Source of the DNA: Aplysia californica
Lineage: Eukaryota
Length of the DNA: 61,970 nt
Direction of reading: 5' to 3'
Assembly: GCF_000002075.1 (NCBI RefSeq)
Contig: NW_004797282.1
Location: 2,292,830-2,354,799 of the forward strand
Under the pieces are notes generated by a model, which was not told where the DNA came from, ran no database searches, and saw nothing but the letters and a program-made list of their open reading frames with translations. The translations under genes and the position numbers were made by a program. Each line of letters begins with the position of its first letter. Position 1 is the stretch's first letter. Below, piece after piece: positions 48,985-61,970 of this stretch.

Positions 48985-51849
48985 TGTATCCATGCTAGTG
49001 TGTATGTGTATTATTGTATATTATTATTATGTTTGTAAGCGAATGTATGAATTGAAATATTTCCGTATGCGTTTATGCTTGTGTACGCGTGTGTATTGGT
49101 GTTTGTGCGTTCATGTATGTATATTTGGTGCCTGTGTAAGTGTGTGCGTTTGTGTGTGTGTGTTTGTGTGTGTGTGCGTGTGTGTGTATAAATGTCTATG
49201 TGTGTCTGTGTATTATATGGGGTTGAATGCCCCAATTTAACGGCCACAAGGAGGTCTAGCTTTTGGCCCACAACTAAGAGCATTTTCAGATTGTCAAACA
49301 ATAGTAACTGGCACATGCAATCTGTAGCACACTTATAGTTTTTGTCGTATGATCCCTCCCTACCCCCCCCCCCTTCCTTTTCCAATCATACCCCCAAACC
49401 ACCCATCATCGCCCGTATCAGCGTTGGGACCTCGCTATATTTGACTTTACCGTAAACAAAATGATGGCTTACGTTTTGGGTAAAGATGGCGACTATATCT
49501 TGGTTGACGATGGAGCCGCTAAAATGTACACACGATTGGAAGGCAAATGCAGGTAACGTTCAAATCTACAGGTTCTATTTCTTTTGAAGAAAAAACATTT
49601 TGATTTCCAACTAAATGAGGTTACATACTACATATTATTGATAGTAAAATTCCAGAAACGGACTTTCTTTGAATGGTATTTATTTATAACCCAGCAGTAT
49701 GGAAATTTGTAATAAGCAGAGGAGCACTCTCACCAAAATTGAGAAAATATGGTCAATTAAATTCTTACAAATCATTGTGGACATATATCATATTATAATA
49801 TATCACGCTTTAGATTTTCTTCAGCAGGTCATCACCTCCCCGTAATGTGCCTCGCTGCAGTTTCATTTTGTCATCCTGGCTTTGCTCGTCATAATAAAAT
49901 GTAACGTTTGACTTCCTTCCCCTCTCCTATCCAACCCCATATCCATCCACCACCAACTCCTCATCCCCCATCCCCGAACACCTAATCCCCTCACCCCCCT
50001 CCCCAACCCGTCATCCCTCTCCACCAACCCCTCACTCCCATACCCCAACACGCANNNNNNNNNNNNNNNNNNNNNNNNNNNNNNNNNNNNNNNNNNNNNN
50101 NNNNNNNNNNNNNNNNNNNNNNNNNNNNNNNNNNNNNNNNNNNNNNNNNNNNNNNNNNNNNNNNNNNNNNNNNNNNNNNNNNNNNNNNNNNNNNNNNNNN
50201 NNNNNNNNNNNNNNNNNNNNNNNNNNNNNNNNNNNNNNNNNNNNNNNNNNNNNNNNNNNNNNNNNNNNNNNNNNNNNNNNNNNNNNNNNNNNNNNNNNNN
50301 NNNNNNNNNNNNNNNNNNNNNNNNNNNNNNNNNNNNNNNNNNNNNNNNNNNNNNNNNNNNNNNNNNNNNNNNNNNNNNNNNNNNNNNNNNNNNNNNNNNN
50401 NNNNNNNNNNNNNNNNNNNNNNNNNNNNNNNNNNNNNNNNNNNNNNNNNNNNNNNNNNNNNNNNNNNNNNNNNNNNNNNNNNNNNNNNNNNNNNNNNNNN
50501 NNNNNNNNNNNNNNNNNNNNNNNNNNNNNNNNNNNNNNNNNNNNNNNNNNNTATATATATATATATACATTGCATATGTGCAATCTAATATGTATTTGCT
50601 GTGCAGGATGACGTAATGATGCCAAATAATAATAACTGCATTTACACAGCGCATATTTACGCTCTACAATGTGGTCTATGTGCTTTACAACTTGTCGGTA
50701 CGCTTTTCTTTAGCGCTTATAAATGGCTGCTTGCATTGTATGCTTCCCAGGAAGTTGAGGTTGTTTCAGAATGCTCTCAGGTCTGCTGGGGCTATAGTAT
50801 AGATTGTAAAGCGCATAGATCTTGCTGTTGAGCTGGGGTTTGCGCTATACAAATGCTATCTATTATTATTATTATTATTATTATCATTATTATTATATAT
50901 TAACCCCGTAGACACTTGCACGCTCAGAAATATTCTCGGTTTCTTGGGAAGCACACAGTGCAAGCTGTGAATTACACGCGCTAAAGAACTAATAAATTGA
51001 CAAGATATTTTGCAGTCTTCGCCGGGTACCCAACCCCACCTTGATAAAGAGAGGGACATTTCTTTTTAAAAAAACTTTCCCTGGGACACGATGTCGGATC
51101 CCTGACCTGATTCGAACCCACGACCTTACGGTTGATAGTAAAAGAGACTGACCACTGGAGCCTCAGCACCACAGAAACCTTACACAATAAAAATCCTGGC
51201 ACCATGACTCCTTTAAGTTCAGCTGGTCATCTAATGTTTTGTCCCCTCCCCACCACTAGGGCAGTACTACTGGAGGGATATTAACATGTTCTAATATTAT
51301 GCACAGTAGAATTGTAGATGGGCTGATTTATCAATGTCATGCTCATACTGTGCCGGAACAACATAGTGGGAACTGCTGCTTTTTCTTTCCTCCTCCTTAC
51401 TGTCATCAATTTTCCTCTACTGCTTTTGTATGTTCGTCACTCTCTTATGAACTGCTATATCCGGGGTGCCTTGATAGTCGAAGCAGACTTTGTGCTGTTG
51501 ACGCTAGAGAGGTGAGAAGAGTAAACCTGATTCCACGTTTGGACTTCTCTGTTGACATCCACCCCTTGGCGCCTATACGACCTTATGCCTTTGCGAGCGC
51601 TGTAAAACCTTACTAAAACTAAAAACTAACTATTGTTTTGTTTGGCCTTTTCCCTCCTGTCGTCTCCTACAGAATGATGACGTGAAAGAAACATGGATGA
51701 TGTCACGGGAAAACTGTTTCCCCATGTCCGCTCTGCTGGTGGACAAGAAAACTGGCGGCGAGAAGATCGTTTCCTTCGCAGACCCGGCCGAGATACCAGT
51801 ACCCGCGACAATCTTCGACGTAGACCTCAGTGACTGTGTGGAGGCTTAA
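48678..51849 (+). CDS. Secreted ependymin-related (EPDR-like) protein, paralog D; exon 3 probably in N gap
   Basis: Exon 1 48678..48803 (MALELSTRVFLPLVAVALTLELTSACCMPDRFSITINNMGEE), exon 2 49422..49552 (RWDLAIFDFTVNKMMAYVLGKDGDYILVDDGAAKMYTRLEGKC), exon 4 51673..51849 (NDDVKETWMMSRENCFPMSALLVDKKTGGEKIVSFADPAEIPVPATIFDVDLSDCVEA*), all GT/AG. The 100-nt exon 3 is not visible. The gap 50055..50551 follows a C-rich tract like the one before exon 3 of paralog C. Confidence 0.78.
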
Positions 51850-53054
51850 CTTCGACTCTCACGTCAAATTACGTCTCTGAAATTGTCGAAAACAAGTCTC
51901 TTTTTACCGGGAGTTTATTCATAAGATGATATACAATCAAAATAGTTTCACTTGCTTTTATTTAACGACCAATATTATAGTGACGTATAGGTCACTTTTA
52001 GACTTTACACAAAAAATAGGGCCCCGGAAGAGTTGTAAATACCCCCCTCAGAGATGAAAGTTAATCTTAAAGTACCCACGTTAAGAAGTACTGGAATCAA
52101 AATATAAAATATATGGCAATGCAAATGACGCCTCTCAACGTTAATATAATAATATAGATTTAATAATAATTGTGGGAAAGCTTTTAAATCGAAAGGTGAC
52201 GAAAGTCATGATTGTCACAAATTTCTCAAACCCTTATTAAATTAAAGTCTTGAAACATTTTAATTAATGGCATTCTTTCTGGAAGTATTATGTATGATTG
52301 TTGTTTCTTGTATGTGTGTGNNNNNNNNNNNNNNNNNNNNNNNNNNNNNNNNNNNNNNNNNNNNNNNNNNNNNNNNNNNNNNNNNNNNNNNNNNNNNNNN
52401 NNNNNNNNNNNNNNNNNNNNNNNNNNNNNNNNNNNNNNNNNNNNNNNNNNNNNNNNNNNNGGACGTGGATGTGTGCTCAAAGAGGACGTAAAGAAGCACC
52501 CATCATAACAATCACTTCACACATATCTCAGTCAAATAAGAGACATCTGTAGGAACCATGGCTTGATGCAAGACACAGACAAACGTCATTATTTAATTGG
52601 TGTTTGTCAGAGCCAGCGAAATGGCCCGTGGTGTCTTGCAGTGTGTAAATCTGGATTAGACAAACGAAGAAACAAAATCTGAACTAGACACATGAAAAAA
52701 CAAAACCTGAACTAGACACACGAAGAAGCAAACTTTTCAAAAGGAAACTTCCTACATCGATAGTCCTACCACAAGTTTCGCGTCTCGCATCGTCACACTT
52801 CATTCATCTGTGTCCTTCGGAAAGATACTTGGCACACATTTTCCTCACTTAACTCAGGTGTAAATGGGTTCAAGGTTCTTTGAGGGCGAAAGATGGAGTG
52901 AGTATGTTAGTGTTTTAGCGCCTGTAAAATGGCAGCTTGCACTGCACGCTTCATAGGAAGTTTAAGTCTTTATAAAAAATGCAATTAGGCCTGCTAGGAT
53001 AGTGATATATTTTTTTTATTGCAAAGAGCAGAGAGCGGGAATTCGCGCTATACA

Positions 53055-53109
<55 letters not shown>

Positions 53110-54619
53110 NNNNNNNNNNNNNNNNNNNNNNNNNNNNNNNNNNNNNNNNNNNNNNNNNNNNNNNNNNNNNNNNNNNNNNNNNNNNNNNNNNNNNNNNNNN
53201 NNNNNNNNNNNNNNNNNNNNNNNNNNNNNNNNNNNNNNNNNNNNNNNNNNNNNNNNNNNNNNNNNNNNNNNNNNNNNNNNNNNNNNNNNNNNNNNNNNNN
53301 NNNNNNNNNNNNNNNNNNNNNNNNNNNNNNNNNNNNNNNNNNNNNNNNNNNNNNNNNNNNNNNNNNNNNNNNNNNNNNNNNNNNNNNNNNNNNNNNNNNN
53401 NNNNNNNNNNNNNNNNNNNNNNNNNNNNNNNNNNNNNNNNNNNNNNNNNNNNNNNNNNNNNNNNNNNNNNNNNNNNNNNNNNNNNNNNNNNNNNNNNNNN
53501 NNNNNNNNNNNNNNNNNNNNNNNNNNNNNNNNNNNNNNNNNNNNNNNNNNNNNNNNNNNNNNNNNNNNNNNNNNNNNNNNNNNNNNNNNNNNNNNNNNNN
53601 NNNNNNNNNNNNNNNNNNNNNNNNNNNNNNNNNNNNNNNNNNNNNNNNNNNNNNNNNNNNNAGGGGGGGGGAGGGCTCTCATGGTCTAGAGATTACGGAG
53701 TTCGCCTCTCATTCCTGGGAATGTTTTTTCTTCTCTAATATGTTCTCCTTATACCTCCTTTCCTGCCCTCTAACCATGTTCTATGTTTTGCTTTCGTTTC
53801 CACTCCCTGCCCCCCTCCCCCTTACAAAACAAAAATCAACTCATGCGTCTCTCTTGGAATTCAGCAGCTCCGGATCTTATTAAAGCCTTTTGTTTGTTTG
53901 TTTGTTTGTTTGTTTTTTGTGTTGTTTTGTTTTGTGAATGGCCGCTTTAACGGGACAATTTGAGTCTACTGAGGACGAGATTTCTTCTCTTTAAAATAGC
54001 TGCTATGATTGATATTGGTGGTAGTTGGAGACCCATCCAATATCTATCATAAAAGCTTCTCGGGCATTCTACCTGGAAAGAAAAATGTGACTACAAGAAT
54101 TAAAATGTATAATCAATTAAGCTAAGACGTAACAATGGTTGTGTAGATACAGGCTTTCACTTTCATCCGCACCTTTTGTACACTTATCACTTAATGTCAC
54201 TGGAGCAAGAAGAAAAGGTTAATTCTGAAAAACACTTCATTTTCACATGTGCGGTAGGTAACAATTACCGAAAAACCTGTCGATAGTGACCACATTTCTA
54301 TTACGATCGTTTTTCTCTGTGACTTTTACTGATCGTTAAGAACAGGTTCGACTGTCTGTAGTAAAGACTAATCATAATTATCACGTTAAATTTCGGTAAG
54401 CCGTTGTATCCATTTGAGATTAATTTTCGAAAGGAGTAGTTTATTGATAATATTATTATACATTGCTAAAACCCTTATGTCATAGTAAGCATAAAAGTTT
54501 GGTGTCTGTGAGAATGGTTGGGCATGAGGGATGTGTCTCTCCCCTCTGGACAGCCTGACGGGACGTTTAGTTGGCCGCAGAAAAGAAATAAGATTACTAA
54601 TGCAATACCTAACGTTGCT

Positions 54620-54623
54620 CATT

Positions 54624-54676
<53 letters not shown>
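54620..54676. repeat. (ATC)n microsatellite
   Basis: Direct reading. Further (GT)n/(CA)n and (GATA)n/(CTAT)n tracts border many of the N gaps. Confidence 0.95.
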
Positions 54677-56539
54677 TAATGATAACATTAAAACAGCAGC
54701 TGCAACAGCTGTGGAATACCAAGAAGGTCCTCATACCTCCTATAGTATTAATCTATCTCTCTATCTATCGCTATCTATCCATATGAGAATGGAAAAGATT
54801 CTCATTAACGTTCAATAGTACCCGCCAACATCATATATTTAACGTAATGATGCATTTTTTAAAACAGCAGTGACTAAGCAGCTTAAAAGTGGGTCATGGG
54901 GAATAACGGTATTACCTCAGTTCTGTTATAACTCCCCTCCCGTATGCGACTAGTTCAGGCAAATATAGTCGAATCAGCCCGCATCCAAATCAATCTTAGG
55001 CCTACATAATTTTTCGATGGGAGCGTAAAAGGCTCGAAAATAATCCTCTCATTTTTCTATATTCTATTGTTAGAACGAAAGTAGACGGGTGGATCATAAA
55101 TGTAGGACAGATGTGACTTCATCCACAACACAGTTGTGCAGGCAGACGCAATAAGTATAGGGCTTGAGTCTAGTTTTCGAAAGAGTTTTTACGGCAGTTG
55201 CGGCACAGACAGGTCAAACACGAGTGGAAGATTAGAGGTGTAATTAGAGAGTAGCATACTTAGAAGAGAAGGAAGAGATATAAGGAAGACATATATCTGA
55301 CAGGAAAGAATGAGCAAACCATACCAGGGCATAATCTGCCAATCACGCACAAACATATTAAATTCTATTAATAAAGAGAAATTATTCTTAACAACAACAT
55401 ACTTTTCTTTTTCCATAGACGCATTATTTAAACGAAAATAGCTCGTTTTCAATTAGCATTGTGTTTTCCTTTTCTCGTGTGCACACCTGAAAACTCTGCA
55501 GTTCAAAAACTCGTTGGTCGTAACAGTATTTCCATTGGTTTTCGTACTTTTTCATCTGCGTTGATTTTTTTCCTGCATTTTATTCCCACGCTTTTTGGCA
55601 GTTATACATGACCACCCATACTGCACATTGAGAATATCATTAACCACGGTTAGGTTAATCTGTCTTTTTTTCTCTTTTAATAAACGTTTTATGACAATGT
55701 CCAACCTGTGTCAAACTACAAAGCCTCACTCTCAACTCGGGTTGGCCCTGACAGGAAGGTTCGGAAGCCCGCCTCCCACATGATCTAAACTGTGTCGATA
55801 GGGTTGTGAAAATACATAGGCCTACTTAATATATAAATTTTTTTAAAAACAAATATTCTTGATATGCCTTTTATATCATTGATGCCTTATTGATAAAACG
55901 TACATTATAAAACGCTGGGATTCGGGCAGTTATGACCCTGCCTGCCACGGATAAAACGGTTTGAGAGAGACTCAACATCCCAGCAGACCAACGGAGAATA
56001 TAATTAAACAATCCCTGCTATTCGAGCCGAGAAACGAAGTCATATTCTGCATATTATATGTCAGTAAAGAGCCTAACCACCACACGGCAGATGTTGTGGT
56101 TTTTGTGGGGGGGGGGGGATGGTGGTTGTTTTGTGCTTTGTCTTGGTAATCGTTTTTTTCGGCGCCTGCAACTGATAAGGTCATACTATTTGACCTCGAG
56201 TTTCATTTGGTGTCGAACCCAGGAAGAACGATACACGTACGGACGTGGTTAATGTACGTGTGCGGGGCGCTGCACTCATAAATTAGAATAGACCAATTAA
56301 TCATTATTATAGAATTATGTGCCGTAAAGGTTACTTTCTTCGCCGCTGCACACAGAAGGCATGAATTCGATTCTCCAGCAGGGAAGGGTTTTAGGTTTTT
56401 TGTAGAATCTTTGCTCACCTTGTAGAAGCTGATTCTTTTGATGGAGCTGGATAATGAAGATATGGGGCCCTCTTCTGGACGATGATGTTTCTGTTCTTCT
56501 CAAGATCTAGATCTAGATCCACAAAACGCCCGATTGGCC

Positions 56540-56983
56540 ATATGTGAGGCTGCGTGGTGGAATCAGGTTCTCGTCAAAATAATAAAGATGAAGAAACTTG
56601 CATTTTTCTGTAGGTTTGTCAATTTTTATCAAAATTTTGTTTTTTGGGCTCAACACCTTTCATGCCCATTAAAGAACTCATTTTTTGTGGATTTTTCTTG
56701 AAAACGTTGATTAAAGGCACCAAAAATGTAAATTTTACAGTTACCACGGGCTCTTAAGTTAAGGAAATGACTACTCTTTGGCGGCCATTTTCTCACTAAT
56801 TTTACCTCTGAAAACAGGTAACCCCAACCTCCTTCATTCGCAAATATCTCGACTTGTATTCAAGATGTATGGATATTTTTTTCATCCAAATAAAGACAAG
56901 TGAACTCACTTTAAGATGATACCCAAAACTCTACATGCTCAAAAATTGACGAGAGCCTGATTCAACCATGCTGCCTCACATAT
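56540..56983. mobile_element. MITE, second copy of the 17135..17527 family (opposite orientation)
   Basis: ATATGTGAGGCTGCGTGGTGGAATCAGG ... CCTGATTCAACCATGCTGCCTCACATAT. The interior is the reverse complement of the 17135 copy. A partial relic lies at ~61080-61250. Confidence 0.85.
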
Positions 56984-57344
56984 ACCACCCAACCGACTCG
57001 CCTTGTTGATCACACCAGTCGGTGAACGGGTCTCTCAAGTCTCGTGAATCTATTCAGGTCGGTGCGAGGTCAGATTTTCGCCAGTACGAACTTGCCGGTG
57101 TCAACTTATTCTTTTACACCACAGTTTTTTGGTTGTTGATTTTTTTAAATCGGGTGTCCCTCTCTGTCTACTAGGGTTTTGTATCCTACTCAATCTTGTT
57201 TGGCCCCGAGGGCAGGATCTACGCAGCCTGCCTCCAAAACTATCTGAATTGAGTCAGTTGGGGAAAGGGTGGAGGCGTAAATTTAAGGATTATAACAATG
57301 ATGATATTAATAGTCATCATCACCATCATCACGGTAATGATAAT

Positions 57345-59609
57345 ATACTAGCGAGCAAAAGAAATGCAAAAAACTATTTGGGCCATAACTAAATTACCAT
57401 CAGTGGTAGAAGACTATAATTTATATCAATGATAGTATGTCACAGGTTCGTTAGAAATCAAAAAGTCTTGCTTGTGACTAGAGTTATTGCCCCTTAATTG
57501 GAGCATTGAAAAAGCCACGTGGCACCCTCGAAACACGGTCTAAATGAGTGGGAAAAAGTGTGAAAAGGATTCACCTGAGCTCGGCTATGAAAGTCGTGGT
57601 AAAAAATCAGTTCCACCGTTTCGTCTGCATGTGTTTAAGGGCTACACAGCGAGAAAGGGCAATAGTGGTCGCCAATCATTTTGGTGTTCACGTCTCGACT
57701 ATCCACAGACTGATAGCCCGTTTTCAGCTCGCGAATTCTACTGCAGACCGAAAAAGGTCAGGTCGACCCAGAATGACCGATGTACGTGCACACAGACACA
57801 TTGTTCGGATGTATAGTTCAAATTGACTACAAAAATGTCATATTTGGTAGGGAGTACCCACAGAAGAGCCAGAAGTCGACATACGTTGAACCGATGATTG
57901 CGTCAGGTAGGCCTTAGACGTCGTCGACCTTACCATGGTCCAGTCTTGAGCGCACACCATCGCCAAGAGCGTCTCAGCTGGGCCCAGCACCATGTCAACA
58001 GGCGTCTGGGGGACTGGTCTTCGGTTCTCATTTTCGGAAGAATGCCTGTTCTCCATAGTTACAACAAACAGGGGCCTCAGAGTTTATTAAAAGGGAGGCG
58101 AACGTAATTGTGACAGCTATGTCATAAAGAGCAATCGCTGGGGAGGACATCGCGTCATGATATGGGGAGGAATCATGAGGAACCACAAAGTAGGACCAAT
58201 GATCTTCTAAAATCAAGGCCAAGGTCGAGGTCAAGGTATCAATGTTGTTTGTTGCATAGCAGAAGTTCTTAGGACCCTACACACAGACACAATTTTAACT
58301 TCCGGTTCCAGCAAGATAATACTTGTGCGCACATTTCCCGTGTTACACAGGATTTCCTCCAACACCATGGCATCATTCCACAGCCTTACCCAGCCCTTAG
58401 CACTTCTTAAAACCCAATCAAACATTTTTGGGACGAAATTAAACGACGCATCGAGGGGAGACAACAAAGACCAAAAACCACGTGGGAACTGTGTGTGGCC
58501 ATCTAGGATATGTGGAGGCAAACCCACAGGCACTCAACGAACTCATGTTTGCAGACGAGCTAGCAATGATGAACAACAAGACCCAGCTACAGGAACATAT
58601 GAACCAACTAAATGCGAGCTGCGAGAAGTATGACATGAAGACATTAGCACGACCAAAGTCATGACAATTAGCAGGAGACCAGACAAAGTGAATATCAACA
58701 TCAATGGATACCAATTAAAACAAAGTAGAGAATTCAAATACTTGGGCAGCATTTTCACAGAAAATGGAAAATTAGATCGAGAAATAGAGACTAGATGCCA
58801 GAGAGCCAAGGCAGTCAGCTATCAACTCAGCCCTCTCCTGAAACATCCCAAAATCCCCATGAGCACCAAGGCGAAGCTCATCAACGCCATTTTGCTTCCA
58901 ACGCACACATATCAGAGCCAGACTTGATCCCTAACAAAAGCCCTAGAGAGGAAACTGGTCACACTCGCGATGAAATGCTAAAGAAGAGCGGTCAACAAAA
59001 CAAGAAGAGACAAAATTAAAAATGAAGTCATAAGGGACACTATAGGAGCAACACCAGTCCAACGACACATTGAAAAACAAAAGGTCAAGTGGTTCGGACA
59101 CCTTACGCGGGTGCTCTCAAACCATCCAGCTCTGAGAGCATACAACTTTAAATATTCTGGATGGAGAACCAGAGTAGGACCAAGGCGACGATGGAGTGAA
59201 TCGGAGGCAGACACCCTCAGAACTCACGGGATGCCCCTTCTACAGGCCACTCGCCTAGCTGCAGACAGACGCCTGTGTCTCCCCGCGACACCCCCCCGGT
59301 ACAAGAGGAAGAAAAAAGTAAGTAAGTAAGATCCCGCTACGATTTACCAACAGCCTAGTGGCTTCCTTGTACTGGATATGTACTGCTGTTATCCGATTTA
59401 ATAGTGCCCATAACCACTACTGAGTATGTTGGTGCATTAACCGGAAGTTGAAAATGTATTCCGTTAGAATTTGATATTCCCGGTGATGCCCCACGTATCC
59501 TTTCATAACGCCAGAAAACAGTTTGTGTTTAAATTACCCTGTTTTGTAAAAAATGGAAAACGAACATGATCACCATTGCGAAGGTAAACAGGATTTTGCG
59601 TTTCTTTTG
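57345..59609 (+). mobile_element. Decayed Tc1/mariner element interrupted by an RTE
   Basis: HTH region VANHFGVHVSTIHRL...RSGRPRMT, then LRRRRPYHGPVL...RLSWAQHH, VMIWGGI, FQQDN, NPIKHFW. The C-terminus resumes at ~59331 (IPLRF...CTAVIRFNSAHNHY*). TIR-like CAAAAGAAATGCAAAA at ~57356 mirrors TTTTGCGTTTCTTTTG at ~59594-59609, which is cut by a gap. Confidence 0.85.
58522..59330 (+). mobile_element. 5'-truncated RTE-like LINE nested in Tc1
   Basis: LMFADEL, FKYLGS, KWFGHLTR, PRRRWSE and ADRR motifs; (TAAG)n tail 59318..59330. Confidence 0.85.
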
Positions 59610-61970
59610 NNNNNNNNNNNNNNNNNNNNNNNNNNNNNNNNNNNNNNNNNNNNNNNNNNNNNNNNNNNNNNNNNNNNNNNNNNNNNNNNNNNNNNNNNNN
59701 NNNNNNNNNNNNNNNNNNNNNNNNNNNNNNNNNNNNNNCAGCAACAGCAACTTTATTAATGGTAATACATGTAACAATAATATCAGCAATAAAAAGTAAA
59801 GTTGTTCCCGCATCCGATCCGGACGTTGGGGATTGCCTTGTTAGTGAGACAGTTTCCTAGGCCCTCGGCATATTGTGGTAGGGTGGCCAGTTCCTTTCCA
59901 CGCCGCCTTTACTTTCCCAACTCTAAGTCAGGTATCCATTACTGCTGAGTGGGCAGGAGGCTACAAACAAAAAATCCGTGTCCGAACCCAGGCTCGAACC
60001 CGGACTTTCCATCAGCAATAACTATACTAAGTATAATACTTATAATGGTAATTATAATAATAAAATCATTTCCTCAGAGCTATAATTGCTCAAGAAAAAA
60101 AAAAAAAAGTAATTGCCTGCCCCCACAAATCGTGCCAAACACAAAAGGTTAGATGGAGAACATTGTGGGATTAAAAAGTAAGTCTGGCCAATTATCTAAA
60201 ACAGCTCACTCTGCCTGGGTAAACCACTCATACGGTTATTTATTAGGCAAGGAGCGTTGCGTTAAAACAGTTTGAGTTCGGTACGATTGTCAATTCAGTC
60301 CTTTTGGAACGTTCATGTAAAGTGTTTGGCGCTTTTTATGACTGTGCTTGAGTGGTTTTCGTCATATTTCAGTTGAGTGATTAAACAAAGTTATTTTGTG
60401 TCATTTGCACAGAGTCCTTCAAAGTGTTATTGTTTTGNNNNNNNNNNNNNNNNNNNNNNNNNNNNNNNNNNNNNNNNNNNNNNNNNNNNNNNNNNNNNNN
60501 NNNNNNNNNNNNNNNNNNNNNNNNNNNNNNNNNNNNNNNNNNNNNNNNNNNNNNNNNNNNNNNNNNNNNNTGTTATAAATATTAGTATTATTATGTATAT
60601 GATAATGATGATGATGATATTATTTTTATTATTATTATTATTATTATTTTTATTTGTTTTGATTTATTATTGCTATTACAGCTAGAATTTTAAACAGCAA
60701 TATGCATATATAATATATATAATAGAAGTGGACTACATCAGCTGATAACATCAAAGTCGCTGTTCCCCTGCGCAGCAGTCCCTGTAACTTTTTGACGGTT
60801 CGCCTCTGCAGTCAGAAAATGTGAATTTGGTTCTGGGGGAGGGGGGGGATCTTTTTCGTCTGTCTGCTTAGGCGCTGCATCCCTCTGTCTCACCCTAGGT
60901 TGGTCCTGAAAGGTAGATTTGATCAATCCGACTCATAATTGAGCTACAACGTGCTGGAATCAGTTATTTTGGCATTTGTGAGTGTCGCCTGGCGCCAGAG
61001 GTAAACATAAAGAGAGGAGCTCCACAACTTTGGTAACTTCCAAAGCTTCAGAGTCTTTAAAAAAACTGCAAATCTATTAATATGTTTTTTGTGCCCTTGA
61101 TCAACGTTTTCAATAAAATTCACTCAGAAATTTATCTTTAGATGTACACAAAAAATGTCGAGGGAAAAAAAAGAAAAGAAAAAAACCAGTTAGAAATTGA
61201 ACACCAGGAGGACTAATGTTGTTTTCGTCGATTTTATTATTTTGATGAACAATCTAAAGAGAATGAAGGAAAGGGTGAGGGGGGGGGGCATAAAATACTA
61301 GCCTTGTAATTACAGTCACAATTTTAGCTTTTGAAGAAGGAAAACGCAACTCCCCTGAACACGTACGCAGCTCCATGCCTGATTCAGTTTCTGGAATTTT
61401 TCATCTTTAAAAATGTATCGCAATATTCTTTAAGTGACTCGATATTTTTTATTCCAAAATATTACAAATTTGTATAGCCATCAATTTTTAAAGAAAGATT
61501 TCCCCTGCATCAATTAATTCCCCGCTCCCCTGCAGGCTGCTGTATGTTCTGAAACCATTCAGTATAAATGACTAGTTTGTTACAAATCTGACTCGCGATC
61601 GGGTGAGGTCGGGTCTGGTCGGGGCGTGGGGTCGGGTCGTTTTCTGGTGATATTAGTAATAGTGCACACTACAACCCCGTCGCGATTATACCCGTCCACC
61701 TGGAAGTTAAAGTAGAGAAACCTTTAACCTCAATGGCTTTCAAGGACTCCTTTCCGCAGTTCCCTGTTGCAATGCTGCGACATCCTACTGTAACCCCATA
61801 AGCGTGGATAACCTTTTATAATCTCATTCAAGCGGAAATGCCGACCTTTACATCGCTGTGTCAACATAGACACGAGACTGAGCCTTGTTGTGATTGGATG
61901 CAAACCGTCCCATCGCGTGATAAGCAGGCCTGAAAACAAACGTGTTTGTTTTTGAAGGCCACCGACCGAG

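Noticed and set aside
60730-61970. Possible exons of a neighbouring gene near the right edge
   Set aside because: I found no convincing splice-bounded open frame or recognisable motif.

Overview
Repeat-rich, gap-containing eukaryotic (metazoan) genomic DNA; the SINE/LINE/Tc1 content and gene family would fit a mollusc or similar invertebrate, but that is an inference. The six-frame ORF track shows almost nothing real because the genes are spliced. Joining exons by hand at GT/AG sites recovers a cluster of four paralogous genes for a small secreted six-cysteine protein of about 184 aa with ependymin-related (EPDR) features. Copy A (-, 567..9980) and copy B (+, 21586..25636) are complete and lie head-to-head in the arms of an old ~26 kb inverted duplication. 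Copy C (+, 30489..32495+) has a frameshift and no visible last exon. Copy D (+, 48678..51849) has three intact exons, and its third exon probably lies in an N gap. All four share a TATA box, an initiator-like site and a short non-coding first exon. The rest is decayed transposable elements (a full-length RNase H-bearing LINE with target-site duplication (TSD), RTE fragments, Tc1/mariner relics, a Harbinger-type MADF fragment, hAT and other MITEs, tRNA-derived SINEs), microsatellites and one probable assembly-artefact duplication. All alignments and counts were done by eye.
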